Of a stretch of DNA of 64,000 nt, positions 8,074-17,945 are shown piece after piece. This DNA comes from a virus. The translations under genes were made by a program, and so were the position numbers. The notes beneath the pieces were generated by a model. That model was given only the letters and a program-made list of their open reading frames with translations. It did not search any database and was not told the origin of the DNA. Each line of letters starts with the position of its first letter. Position 1 is the first letter of the stretch. Location of the stretch: the IMG/VR virus record IMGVR_UViG_3300042946_000249. One strand, given 5' to 3'.

Positions 8074-8355
8074 ATGGGAAAACCCAATGATTATTATCGA
8101 GTGCTTGCACTATTCCAGCAATTACATATTTCCTACCCTAATTACAATATGGGTAGGCATATAGCCACTGCGCTAGATGAATATGGGGATGTGTGGGGAC
8201 TCAGTGATAGAGAGATACTTTTTGCTCTTGAGAAGTACAAGTCAGAGCTAGATATGGATGTCCCCCACACAGACGACAGTGAGATTGATCAGATTATAAA
8301 GGAGGGGATGAATCTAGAGAATATTCTAAAAGAAGAAGATGGCGAAGATTATTAA
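8074..8355 (+). CDS. hypothetical 93-aa protein
   Basis: ORF track. Confidence 0.45.
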   Translation: MGKPNDYYRVLALFQQLHISYPNYNMGRHIATALDEYGDVWGLSDREILFALEKYKSELDMDVPHTDDSEIDQIIKEGMNLENILKEEDGEDY

Positions 8356-8674
8356 AAAAACTACATACATAAATACAGAGCTTGAATGGGCAGAGCAACA
8401 GCTCACATCCTGGAAAGCTTATGTTGATGCAAACCCACTACATGAACTGAAGGACAGAATTGAGTGGAAACCTACAGCCAAAGGAGGCATGCTTCCTATG
8501 GTGATAGCTTCCATAGAGGCACAGGGTAAGTTCATACAGGAGACAATGAAAAACTATTTAGCTCTTCTTGAGGTGGTGGAGAAACTGCGTGAGAAGGAAG
8601 AAGCTAAGGTGGAAATCAGAGGCAGTGGAGAATTAAGCTCTATGGCTGAAGACTTCCTAAAGAGCAGACGATGA
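8339..8674 (+). CDS. hypothetical 111-aa protein; by position a small-terminase candidate
   Basis: Directly upstream of terL with an ATGA start/stop overlap. Confidence 0.45.
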   Translation: MAKIIKKTTYINTELEWAEQQLTSWKAYVDANPLHELKDRIEWKPTAKGGMLPMVIASIEAQGKFIQETMKNYLALLEVVEKLREKEEAKVEIRGSGELSSMAEDFLKSRR

Positions 8675-10698
8675 GTGAGCTTATAAGCATAGACTACAAA
8701 GACTGGTTTATTAACCAGGGGCGTCTGCCTGACCGTCAGTCTGCAGAGTATAAGCCATTTTTTGACTTTCATAAAGAGATATGTCTGAATGGGTGCATGA
8801 TGAACGGAACATATATCAATCCGTTTCTATATTGGCACCTAAATGTTTGGCATACAGAGGTGGATGTTGTAGATGAAAGAGGACGCATCTTCCAAAAATA
8901 TGCAAATCCCCTGTTACGTGATAACGAATGGATTGTGACAAATGAGATAGACAGGGCACAACAAGAAAAAAAGGGCTTGGTGATACTAGGAATACGACGT
9001 TTTGCCAAGTCTGTTTTAGAGGCTTCTTACATAGGGTGGGGCGCAACATTTGATGAAAACTCCCAGAATGTGATCGCTGGGTTAAACGCCCCCGATATAA
9101 AGCTGATCACAGATAAGCTGGACAAGGGCCTCAACTTTTTGCCTGAAGCATGGAGATGGCAGAGAGTGGAGGATAATTGGAAAAACCAAGTCACCCTAGG
9201 TATCAAGACTCGTGGAGGAGAACGTATACCGTTCTCTCAAATCCTCATCCGTAACTTGGATGAAGGTAATAACGAAGAGGCTATTGCAGGTACCAAACCT
9301 CGTAAACTAATTATTGACGAGATTGGTAAGGGCAACTTCCTCAGAGGCTTTCAGGCAGCTGTGCCTGGTTTCACCACTCCGTACGGATGGGGATGTTCTC
9401 CTCTCCTGACAGGAACAGGTGGTGATATGAAGAAATTTATGGACGCTAAGTCCTTAATGTTTGACGCAGACAACTTTAACTTCCTTGCTTATAACAATGA
9501 AAAAGATGAGAAACGTGTTCATGGCTTGTTTATTTCGTATAAGTATAGAATGGAAGCTAAGGAAGAAAGCACGCTTGGCGAGTTCTTAGGACAGCCTGAA
9601 GGAAGCGATCTACACAACGTTAAAATGTTGGTGAGCAACGAAGAGAAAGCTCTTGAAATCACCACATCCAACCTAGAACGCTTGAAGAAGGCAGGAGATA
9701 GGGTGGCCTATCTAAAAGAAAAGATGTACTACCCGCTTGAAGTGGATGACATCTTCCTGAATGAGGACACAAACATATTTGACATTGAAGCAGCTAAACG
9801 TCAAAAGGGTAGACTGCTTAATCAGGGGCGTACAGGCACTCCTGTTATTTTGTTTCATGATGGAGAGAAAATAAGTCACGAGTTCACAGACAAACAACCA
9901 ATAACCAACTTCCCTCTCAAAAATAGTGACTTAAAAGACGCTCCTGTTGTTATATACGAGTTCCCTATCGAGAATCCTCCATATGGACTTTATGTGGCAG
10001 GAGTTGACCCGTATAGACAAGGACAAGCTGCATACAGCACCTCTCTAGGTTCTGTGTATATTTATAAGAGAATGCACGACATCACTGGTGAGAAATATCA
10101 GGATATGTTCGTAGCTTCGTATTGTGCACGTCCTGATAAGAAAGAGACTTGGGAAGAACAAGCCAGATTTCTTATTAAGTATTTCAACGCACGTACGCTC
10201 TGTGAGAATGATGACATCTCCTTCATAGAATATATGAAAGCAAAAGGAGATGCACACTACCTTGAGAAACAACCTGATTGGTTGAAAGAGGTGGTGCCAG
10301 GCACCACGGTGAAGCGTGAGTATGGGGTGCACAGAAGCTCTGACAAAATCAGAGACTATCTACACAACTGCCTCAAGAAGTATATGGAGGAAGTAGTGTA
10401 CACCGAGAAGGATGAAGATGGTAACATCACCAAAGAGGTGCTTGGAGTGTCAAAGGTTTTTGATCCTGTTCTACTGGAAGAGATAATTCAGTACAACGAT
10501 CAGGGTAACTTTGACCGTATCATTGCTGCAGAACTTGCTATTGCTCAGGCTCTTAAGATGGACCCTGTGCTTGGTAAGGTGGGAGGATCAGCTGACCCTA
10601 GAGTGAGTGCAATATTCAAACCTAACAAGAAGAACATGTTGTTCACAGAATCTCGTGGGTTATTTAATAAAGTGAAAAAAAGTAAACTTTTTATATAA
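8671..10698 (+). CDS. terL: terminase large subunit
   Basis: Deviant Walker A G-I-R-R-F-A-K-S; Walker B KLIIDEIG; RNase-H-like nuclease motif YVAGVDPY; 675 aa. Confidence 0.85.
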   Translation: MSELISIDYKDWFINQGRLPDRQSAEYKPFFDFHKEICLNGCMMNGTYINPFLYWHLNVWHTEVDVVDERGRIFQKYANPLLRDNEWIVTNEIDRAQQEKKGLVILGIRRFAKSVLEASYIGWGATFDENSQNVIAGLNAPDIKLITDKLDKGLNFLPEAWRWQRVEDNWKNQVTLGIKTRGGERIPFSQILIRNLDEGNNEEAIAGTKPRKLIIDEIGKGNFLRGFQAAVPGFTTPYGWGCSPLLTGTGGDMKKFMDAKSLMFDADNFNFLAYNNEKDEKRVHGLFISYKYRMEAKEESTLGEFLGQPEGSDLHNVKMLVSNEEKALEITTSNLERLKKAGDRVAYLKEKMYYPLEVDDIFLNEDTNIFDIEAAKRQKGRLLNQGRTGTPVILFHDGEKISHEFTDKQPITNFPLKNSDLKDAPVVIYEFPIENPPYGLYVAGVDPYRQGQAAYSTSLGSVYIYKRMHDITGEKYQDMFVASYCARPDKKETWEEQARFLIKYFNARTLCENDDISFIEYMKAKGDAHYLEKQPDWLKEVVPGTTVKREYGVHRSSDKIRDYLHNCLKKYMEEVVYTEKDEDGNITKEVLGVSKVFDPVLLEEIIQYNDQGNFDRIIAAELAIAQALKMDPVLGKVGGSADPRVSAIFKPNKKNMLFTESRGLFNKVKKSKLFI

Positions 10699-13280
10699 TG
10701 GCTATCATTAGGTATACAAAAGATGCTACAATTAGGTATGCATATTTAAATATATTCCCTGATCAGTTCAAAACTGACAAGGAAAAGCAGGATGAGAGTT
10801 GGATAAAGAACACCATGGACTACTTTGCAAACAAGGCATATGCTGAATATGTAAAGAACCGTGACACCTTTGTCAAAAACTATGACTTAATTAAAGGTAT
10901 TCTGAGGATGGAAGACTTCTATCAAGAACCTCAGGTGAAGAGCTTTACAGATATGATGACAGCTGATCTTCAGCTTCCTGCGTATGTAAAGATGTATTCC
11001 ATCATGACCACACCAGTGAACGAGCTGGTAGGTGAAATCACAAAACGCCCTGACACATTCAGGGTGAAAGCGTTTGATGATGACAGTAAAGCTGAAGAGC
11101 TACAATTTAAGACAGACATTCTCCAGCAATATGTAATTGGTCAAGCTAAACAGAAAATTGTTCAGCAGGCTGCAATGCAAGGTGAAGAGATTGATGAAGA
11201 AGAGTTGCAACAGCTCACCATGGATCAAGTGAAAGATGTGCTTGACAGCTACACATCTGTAGCTGAGAAATGGGCTAACCACGTACTCACCTGTCAGAAG
11301 GCTGAGTTTAACCTGAAGGAAAAGAGCGAAGATGCATTTCGTGATTTGCTAATTTCTGGAAGAGAATTTTACCACATTTATGAAGATAACTCAAAACTTG
11401 GATTTAATATTGAGGTGGCTAACCCCAAGAACACTTGGTTTCTTACAACTCCTGATAGAAAATGGATCTCTGATCCTACAGGTAGAGCTCAGGGTGCTTA
11501 TGCTGCTGGTACGGTACAGGTTATGGAACTTTCAGAAATCATTGAGAGTATTCCTGACCTAACCAAAGAAGAAATTGATCATCTAAGAAGTTCTCTCCAA
11601 GACTATGGACTAATTAATGTCCGTGAATCAAATTTGGGTAATCCTGATGCAATACCTGGTACAGATTCAATTATGTACGATACGTTTGATCCACTGGTCC
11701 TTCAAACCCGTATGATTATCGAGAGTGAAATGAAGGAGAACAACGATGGTCTAAAAGACTTCTTAGGACTTACATCTAATGTAAGCTCATTTGGATACAA
11801 GTATGTTGTTGTTCGTTCTTATTGGATAAGTAAGAAAAAGATTGGTAAGGTCATTTATCTAGATGAACTAGGCAATGAACAATCTGTCCTAGTAGATGAG
11901 AATTACAAATCTGGCACCATCCCTACACAAGAATCTATTGAATGGGGTTGGATTAACCAGTGGTATCAGGGTACAAAGATTGGACCAGACATCTATCATA
12001 TCAAACCGTTCAAGCTTCTTAACTATTGTCCAATCATTGGTACAACATTTGAGGTGAAGAATACAGAGGCAAAGAGTCTGGTTGACTTGATGAAGCCTTT
12101 CCAGGTGTTGTACAACGTATGTATGAACCAGCTTTACAAACTCCTTGAGAAGGAAGTGGGTAAGGTGTATTTGACATCCATCAGGCACATTCCTGTTCCA
12201 AAGGATGGTGATGCTCAAGATGCTCTTGACATCTGGGAAATGGAAGCACGTAACAGAGGTGTTGTCTTTATTGACGATAGCCCTGAGAACTTGAAGAGTC
12301 CTTCTAGCTTCAACCAGTTTAGAGACATTGACCTCACACGTACGCAGGAAATACAATCTCGTTACACACTAGCACAACAACTCAAGAACGAATGTTGGGA
12401 GCTCGTGGGTATGAGTAAGCAACGTATGGGATCTGTGGCAGCTAGTGAATCTGCTACAGGTGTAAATGCAGCTGTTCAACAATCTTATTCTCAAACAGAA
12501 CCTCTGTTTGTAGCACACGAATATATCATGGGCCAGCTCTATCAATCAATTATAGATGCTGCTCTATATGTAGAATCCAAGAAGCCTCAATCCACTCTCT
12601 CTTACATTACAAATGAAGGAGAAGCTGCTTTTGTACAGGTGAATGGATCTGACCTTAAATTCCGTGACCTGAAGGTGTTCTTGACAAATCGTCCTGAAGA
12701 TAAGCAAATGTTTGACGAGCTTAGAGGACTTTCTCAGGCTGTTATCCAGAATGGTGGCTCTCTCTACGATGTTATTGAGCTTTACAGCACCAAGTCTATG
12801 AGAGCTATGAAGAAGGTGTTTAAAGAGTTGAGAGACAGACAAATGCAAATGCAAGATCAGCAAATGCAAACTCAACAGCAACAGATTGACCAGCAAAGAG
12901 AAATTGCAGCTGCTCAGCTTCAACAGGCTCAGCTTCAGAAAGAGCAAGACATTGCTAATGAGAACTATCAGAACGAACTGGACAGAATTAATAAGAAAGA
13001 AATCGCTCTGATTGCTGCTGAATCAAAAGCAGGTCCTCTCTCTGATGTGGATGAGAGTGGCACCCCTGATGTTCTAGAGATTAACAAACTTGTTGCTGAA
13101 CAATCTCGTACAGCAAGAGACTATGAAATGAAAATGGCAGACATTCAAGGTAAGAATGTCCAGAATCTTCAGAAGCTTGAGATTGAAAGAGAGAAGCTGA
13201 AGGTGGCTAGAGAAAATCAAAAGAACGACCTTGAGATAGCAAAATTGAACGCTAAGAACCGAGGTGCAAAATCTAAATAA
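10698..13280 (+). CDS. putative portal protein (860 aa) with Gln-rich C-terminal coiled coil
   Basis: TAATG overlap with terL; size and position only. No motif could be verified by eye. Confidence 0.55.
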   Translation: MAIIRYTKDATIRYAYLNIFPDQFKTDKEKQDESWIKNTMDYFANKAYAEYVKNRDTFVKNYDLIKGILRMEDFYQEPQVKSFTDMMTADLQLPAYVKMYSIMTTPVNELVGEITKRPDTFRVKAFDDDSKAEELQFKTDILQQYVIGQAKQKIVQQAAMQGEEIDEEELQQLTMDQVKDVLDSYTSVAEKWANHVLTCQKAEFNLKEKSEDAFRDLLISGREFYHIYEDNSKLGFNIEVANPKNTWFLTTPDRKWISDPTGRAQGAYAAGTVQVMELSEIIESIPDLTKEEIDHLRSSLQDYGLINVRESNLGNPDAIPGTDSIMYDTFDPLVLQTRMIIESEMKENNDGLKDFLGLTSNVSSFGYKYVVVRSYWISKKKIGKVIYLDELGNEQSVLVDENYKSGTIPTQESIEWGWINQWYQGTKIGPDIYHIKPFKLLNYCPIIGTTFEVKNTEAKSLVDLMKPFQVLYNVCMNQLYKLLEKEVGKVYLTSIRHIPVPKDGDAQDALDIWEMEARNRGVVFIDDSPENLKSPSSFNQFRDIDLTRTQEIQSRYTLAQQLKNECWELVGMSKQRMGSVAASESATGVNAAVQQSYSQTEPLFVAHEYIMGQLYQSIIDAALYVESKKPQSTLSYITNEGEAAFVQVNGSDLKFRDLKVFLTNRPEDKQMFDELRGLSQAVIQNGGSLYDVIELYSTKSMRAMKKVFKELRDRQMQMQDQQMQTQQQQIDQQREIAAAQLQQAQLQKEQDIANENYQNELDRINKKEIALIAAESKAGPLSDVDESGTPDVLEINKLVAEQSRTARDYEMKMADIQGKNVQNLQKLEIEREKLKVARENQKNDLEIAKLNAKNRGAKSK

Positions 13281-13810
13281 TGTTTGATAGGCTAATTGAC
13301 CTAATCACAGAGTGGATTGAACAGCTGCTTCCCTTCTTTATCGTTAGAGATTTTGAGGAAGCAGTTGTTCTACGCTTTGGTAAGTTCCACAAAACAGTTA
13401 AACCTGGTTTCCACTGGCGCATCCCGTTTGTGGATCAGCCTATGGAACAGCACGTTGTGGTCACAACCATAAGCCTAGCCCCCCAGAGTCTTTACACTAA
13501 AGACAAACAGAACATTGTGGTGAAGGGGGTGATTAAGTACAGAATAGCTGATATTCAGACATTTATATTAGAAGTGTATGATGCTCAGGACGCTATATCA
13601 GATATGACACAGTCTATTATTAAGAACATCATCATGGACAAAACCCTAGATGAGTGCATAGACACTGAGATAGATAACACCCTCACGAAGAAAGCTAGAG
13701 TGGAAGCTAGAAAATGGGGGGTGGAAATCCAACAGGTAACCCTCACTGACCTAGCCCCAATCCGCTCTTACAGACTTATAAACGACACGGTGATAAACAA
13801 ACTTGATTAG
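13280..13810 (+). CDS. SPFH/band-7 (prohibitin/HflC-like) domain protein, core domain only
   Basis: EEAVVLRFGKFHKTVKPGFHWRIPFVDQ...VVKGVIKYRIADIQTFILEVYDAQDAISD matches the SPFH core; TAATG overlap with the portal stop. Confidence 0.8.
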   Translation: MFDRLIDLITEWIEQLLPFFIVRDFEEAVVLRFGKFHKTVKPGFHWRIPFVDQPMEQHVVVTTISLAPQSLYTKDKQNIVVKGVIKYRIADIQTFILEVYDAQDAISDMTQSIIKNIIMDKTLDECIDTEIDNTLTKKARVEARKWGVEIQQVTLTDLAPIRSYRLINDTVINKLD

Positions 13811-13930
13811 AGTGATTTACATTAATGCTATATTATATGTGAAAAACATTCATATAGATGCATAACTCTTTGCTATTCAATAATCTCTGACTATTTTTAC
13901 ACGCGTAAAACCAATTTAAACAAACTACAT

Positions 13931-15223
13931 ATGGCTGAGAACCTAGATACCCCGTCATTCGGTAACTTTAGTATTGAAAATACTATGGAGATGGGACCTG
14001 GAGGTGCAGAGCTCCTCAACGATCTTATGTCTCCTGAGACATCAACAGGCAATCCTGATGATATCCAGAAGATTGTAAAAACTGCTGAGCCCCCTGCTCC
14101 AGATCCAAAACCCGATGTTCCTAAAGGAAAAGAAGTTGTTCCTAAAGCAGATGGTGAAGAATTCACTGGTCAAGATCTCATATCAAGCTTCCTCGGTGAT
14201 AACACTGATGGAGAAGAAGATTCAGAAGAGGTTGATCCTCAACCAGTTAAGAAGAAAGCTCCTGCTGCACCAGCAGCTGAAGCTACTCCTGCTGCAGAAG
14301 AAAACGAGAATGAAGATGGTGAAGGAGAAGAGCAAGTGAGTCAATTCACAGCTTTGTCTCGTGACCTTTTCAAACTTGGTGTGTTTTCACAAGATGAGGA
14401 TGAGGAAGATGTAAACATCTCCACTCCTGAAGAGTTCCTTGAACGCTTCCAAAGTGAGAAGAAAAAAGGAGCAGTTGAGATGGTGCAAAACTTCATTGGT
14501 CAGTTTGGCGAGGATTATCAACAAGCGTTCGAGGCTATATTCGTTAAAGGCGTTAGTCCAAAAGAATATTTTGGTACATATAATAACGTGGTGGGCTTTT
14601 CTGAAATGGACCTTTCACAAGAAAGCAATCAAGTGAGAGTGATCAAGCAAGCATTAGCTGACCAGGGTTTTGAAACCGAAGACATTGATACTGAGGTGGA
14701 AAGACTCAAAAACTATGGTGATCTTGAGAGCGTAGCTACAAAACACCATAAAGTGCTTGTTAAGAAGGAAGCCCAGAAACTTGCTCAAATGGAGCAAAAA
14801 GCTGAACAAGAGCTCCAACAAAAACAAGCAGTAAAAAACCAATACATCCAGAATGTTCAGGGAGTCCTACAGGACAAACTGAAATCTAAGGAGTTTGATG
14901 GAATACCCATCAATCCCAAGTTGGCAAACGAACTACAAGACTTCCTGCTGGTAGATAAATACAAGACAGCAAGCGGTGAGACCCTCACTGATTTCGACAA
15001 AACCATCTTGGAATTGAAGAGACCTGAGAACCATGCAACAAAGGTGAAAGTTGCCCTCCTGCTTAAAATCCTAGAAAAAGATCCCACCCTATCTACCATC
15101 CAAAGAACAGGCGTTTCAAAGAAATCAAACGAGCTGTTTGGGGAAGTGGCTAGACAGGTGACTAAAACTAAGACAAGCAGTGTTAGTGGTCAACCAGCCA
15201 AACAAAATTCATGGTTCTTATAA
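13931..15223 (+). CDS. acidic low-complexity plus coiled-coil protein, scaffold-like
   Basis: N-terminal Pro/Ala/Glu-rich low complexity, then a long charged helix; sits between portal and capsid genes. Confidence 0.45.
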   Translation: MAENLDTPSFGNFSIENTMEMGPGGAELLNDLMSPETSTGNPDDIQKIVKTAEPPAPDPKPDVPKGKEVVPKADGEEFTGQDLISSFLGDNTDGEEDSEEVDPQPVKKKAPAAPAAEATPAAEENENEDGEGEEQVSQFTALSRDLFKLGVFSQDEDEEDVNISTPEEFLERFQSEKKKGAVEMVQNFIGQFGEDYQQAFEAIFVKGVSPKEYFGTYNNVVGFSEMDLSQESNQVRVIKQALADQGFETEDIDTEVERLKNYGDLESVATKHHKVLVKKEAQKLAQMEQKAEQELQQKQAVKNQYIQNVQGVLQDKLKSKEFDGIPINPKLANELQDFLLVDKYKTASGETLTDFDKTILELKRPENHATKVKVALLLKILEKDPTLSTIQRTGVSKKSNELFGEVARQVTKTKTSSVSGQPAKQNSWFL

Positions 15224-15249
15224 ATTTTAATAAATAAAAGGATAACAAA

Positions 15250-16803
15250 ATGGCAATTCAAACAATCCCAGGTCTAACTGGCTTCACGTATGCTCGTGTC
15301 GCATCTATGGACAAGCGTGCTGTGGGTAAGCTAACTGACGCTAACCACCTGGAGAGCTTTCACTCAACTGAGCCTGCTGATTACGATAAGAAAATCATCA
15401 GCCTCTACACACAGAGCTCTCTTTACAGCAACGACTTTCTTGACATGATCAACAAAAGCACGCCTTATTACATTGATAATAATAGCGATGCTTGGAAATG
15501 GCAAGTAGCTGTTCCCTACAAATTCCCTAAGATTATCGACATCCCTGCTGCTACAGCTGAGCTGAGCAAGCCTGGTATCGATGGTCAAGAGTTCCAATTG
15601 GTAATTGACACAAACGAGTTCTCTAAGAACGCAATCGTTTCTGTTGGTTCTCGCCAATATGGTCCTCGCTTTTACGTTATTAAGGATCCAGTTCCTTGGA
15701 ACATGGGCTTCCTTTATAGCTTCACTTTGGTTACAGACAATCCAACTGTAGACTTCGTTAGCTCTACCTTCTTGCAAGTGGGCATTGAACTTGAGTTGGT
15801 TGATGCTGCAATTGGTGAGTTCGATCAAGATCTTTTAGGTCTTCCTCGTTTGGGTGAGCAAATCACAATGTTTGAATCTTTGGGTTCTGCATATGGTTTT
15901 GAGCACAAAATCACTGAGTGGGCTGATGACAAAATGATGCGTGACTCTGCAGGTCGTCCTTTGGACATCCTTGTATATGCACCTCAGCGTCGTAACCAAC
16001 TTCCTTTAACTCGTAACGATGTTAAATGGGAGCCATTTATTGAGTTCTGGATGCGTAAGTCTATGCTTGAGTTGAAAGTTAAGCGTATGATTTGGTCTCG
16101 TCCTGGTACTGTTAAGACTAACGGTAGCAAGCAAGAACTTAAGCGTACCTCTGCTGGTGTTTACCACAGAATGCGTAATAACGGTAACCTTGTTCAGTAC
16201 AACCGTGGAGAATTCACTGCAAACTTGATTCGTTCAGTGTTTGGTGACTTGTTCTATCGTCGTGTGGATGTTAAGGACCGTCGTGTTAAAATGTACACTA
16301 ACGAAGCAGGTTTTGACGTATTCCAACAAGCTTTGAAGACAGACGCTTTGAACAGTGGTCTTACCTTCATGGCTGATTCTGGAAACCGTTACATGCAAGG
16401 AGAAGGACAACACATCACTTACAACTTTGCATTCGATGCAATGGTAACTCGTGAGACTGGTCGTGTTGAACTTATTCACTTGAAAGAACTTGACCTTCCT
16501 CAAACTAACCTTGAATTCGGTCAGAACAAGAAGAGCACTCCAGTATTTATGGTATTCGACGTGTCTCCAATGTCTGATGGTTCTTTGGTTAATAACATCC
16601 GTGAAGTTCGTATGAAGGGTGCACCTTCTATGACTTGGGGTTATATCGATGGAACTCGCCACCACTTAGGCTTTGCTAAGTCTCAGGGTATGAGCTCTGC
16701 GAACAAATTCCCAGGATACGAAATCTGGATGAAGGATCGTTGTGATGTATTCATTGAGGACTTGTCTCGTACAGTTCTTATTGAGGAAATCCCACAATTC
16801 TAA
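15250..16803 (+). CDS. putative major capsid protein (517 aa)
   Basis: Position. Strong highly-expressed codon signature (Arg almost exclusively CGT/CGC, versus AGA in the neighbouring giant genes). Followed by a stable RNA structure. Confidence 0.55.
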   Translation: MAIQTIPGLTGFTYARVASMDKRAVGKLTDANHLESFHSTEPADYDKKIISLYTQSSLYSNDFLDMINKSTPYYIDNNSDAWKWQVAVPYKFPKIIDIPAATAELSKPGIDGQEFQLVIDTNEFSKNAIVSVGSRQYGPRFYVIKDPVPWNMGFLYSFTLVTDNPTVDFVSSTFLQVGIELELVDAAIGEFDQDLLGLPRLGEQITMFESLGSAYGFEHKITEWADDKMMRDSAGRPLDILVYAPQRRNQLPLTRNDVKWEPFIEFWMRKSMLELKVKRMIWSRPGTVKTNGSKQELKRTSAGVYHRMRNNGNLVQYNRGEFTANLIRSVFGDLFYRRVDVKDRRVKMYTNEAGFDVFQQALKTDALNSGLTFMADSGNRYMQGEGQHITYNFAFDAMVTRETGRVELIHLKELDLPQTNLEFGQNKKSTPVFMVFDVSPMSDGSLVNNIREVRMKGAPSMTWGYIDGTRHHLGFAKSQGMSSANKFPGYEIWMKDRCDVFIEDLSRTVLIEEIPQF

Positions 16804-16976
16804 GGAACCACTCTAAGGATAGTATCCTTAGACTCCTATATCGAGAAGAGATTGCCCCCCACATCCCCGTGGGGGAGCTCTTCTCACTTACAGAGTGGTT
16901 GGACTGGGGTGTCTCCCAATCGCTGTCCCTTCGGTGGGAATCACTCTGCGAATAAACCAAATAAAATAAACTACAT
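16804..16976 (+). promoter_or_regulatory. structured 3' element after the capsid gene (nested perfect stems)
   Basis: CTAAGGA-tagta-TCCTTAG; GAGAAGAG-[CCCCCAC-atcccc-GTGGGGG]-CTCTTCTC; CAGAGTG...[TCCCA...TGGGA]...CACTCTG. Confidence 0.4.
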
Positions 16977-17945
16977 ATGGGTAAGTTAGGTAAAATCTCA
17001 ACTATTAAGAAGGAGTATAACAACTCACAACTTCAAACAATGCAAGGCGGTCTTTCACTAAAAGGCCTAACACGTATTCCTGGTACAGGGGTATTTAAGT
17101 ATCCTTACAAGGAATTGGATGGACAGTACAGAACAGGACTTGATCCTAATGCTAGTTACATCCGTAGAATCTCTGATCCTCTTGAGAGAGAACTGGAGAC
17201 TGAGCGTGTTAAGAATCTTAGAGACAAATTGCAAGCTGCATTGGGGGATGTTGACTTAGGTCCTCGTTCTAGTTTCTGGAACTATGGATTGTCTACATCA
17301 ACAAGTGATACACTGCACGTTCAGCCTGTAAAACTTTTGGATGGTGATAACTTCTTCGATCTTTCTATTCCTTTTCAGGAATTAGCCTTCTCATGGCTTC
17401 GTGTTCATCCAACAATTGCAAGCTCTTATCAAGCTTGGGAGCGTGGTGAATATCCAGCTGAAACTCAGTTCTATGTAGCTGATGATGAAATCGAGAATGC
17501 TGTTCTGTTCAAGAAAAAGCAAATGATTAACAAGGCTATTGTTAAGTTTGACGGAATGACTCCTGAAAGAAAAAGAAAAGTGGCACGTTTGTTGGGATTA
17601 CCTGTGACTGATGATACTAAAGAGGAAGCAGTTTACAATCTTGTAGACAATGTCCTCAAACAAACCGAGTTTAAAAACGGTAAGTATCAAGGACTCAATC
17701 CTGTTGAAGTGTTCACACGCTTTGCAGATATGAAGGATAACTTACTCCATATCAAAGACTTAGTGAAGCAAGCTATCACCCATTCCATATATAGATCTAA
17801 ACCTAACGGTAAAATATATGAAGGTGAGTTTGAAGTAGCTAAGGATGAAGATGATTTGATTAAGATGCTCTCTGACGATGATAACCAGGATCTCCTGTTA
17901 ACACTTGAAGGAAAGCTGAAAACTAAGAAATTAGCTGCAGTATGA
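16977..17945 (+). CDS. hypothetical virion protein (322 aa)
   Basis: ORF track; ATGA overlap with the next gene. Confidence 0.5.
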   Translation: MGKLGKISTIKKEYNNSQLQTMQGGLSLKGLTRIPGTGVFKYPYKELDGQYRTGLDPNASYIRRISDPLERELETERVKNLRDKLQAALGDVDLGPRSSFWNYGLSTSTSDTLHVQPVKLLDGDNFFDLSIPFQELAFSWLRVHPTIASSYQAWERGEYPAETQFYVADDEIENAVLFKKKQMINKAIVKFDGMTPERKRKVARLLGLPVTDDTKEEAVYNLVDNVLKQTEFKNGKYQGLNPVEVFTRFADMKDNLLHIKDLVKQAITHSIYRSKPNGKIYEGEFEVAKDEDDLIKMLSDDDNQDLLLTLEGKLKTKKLAAV

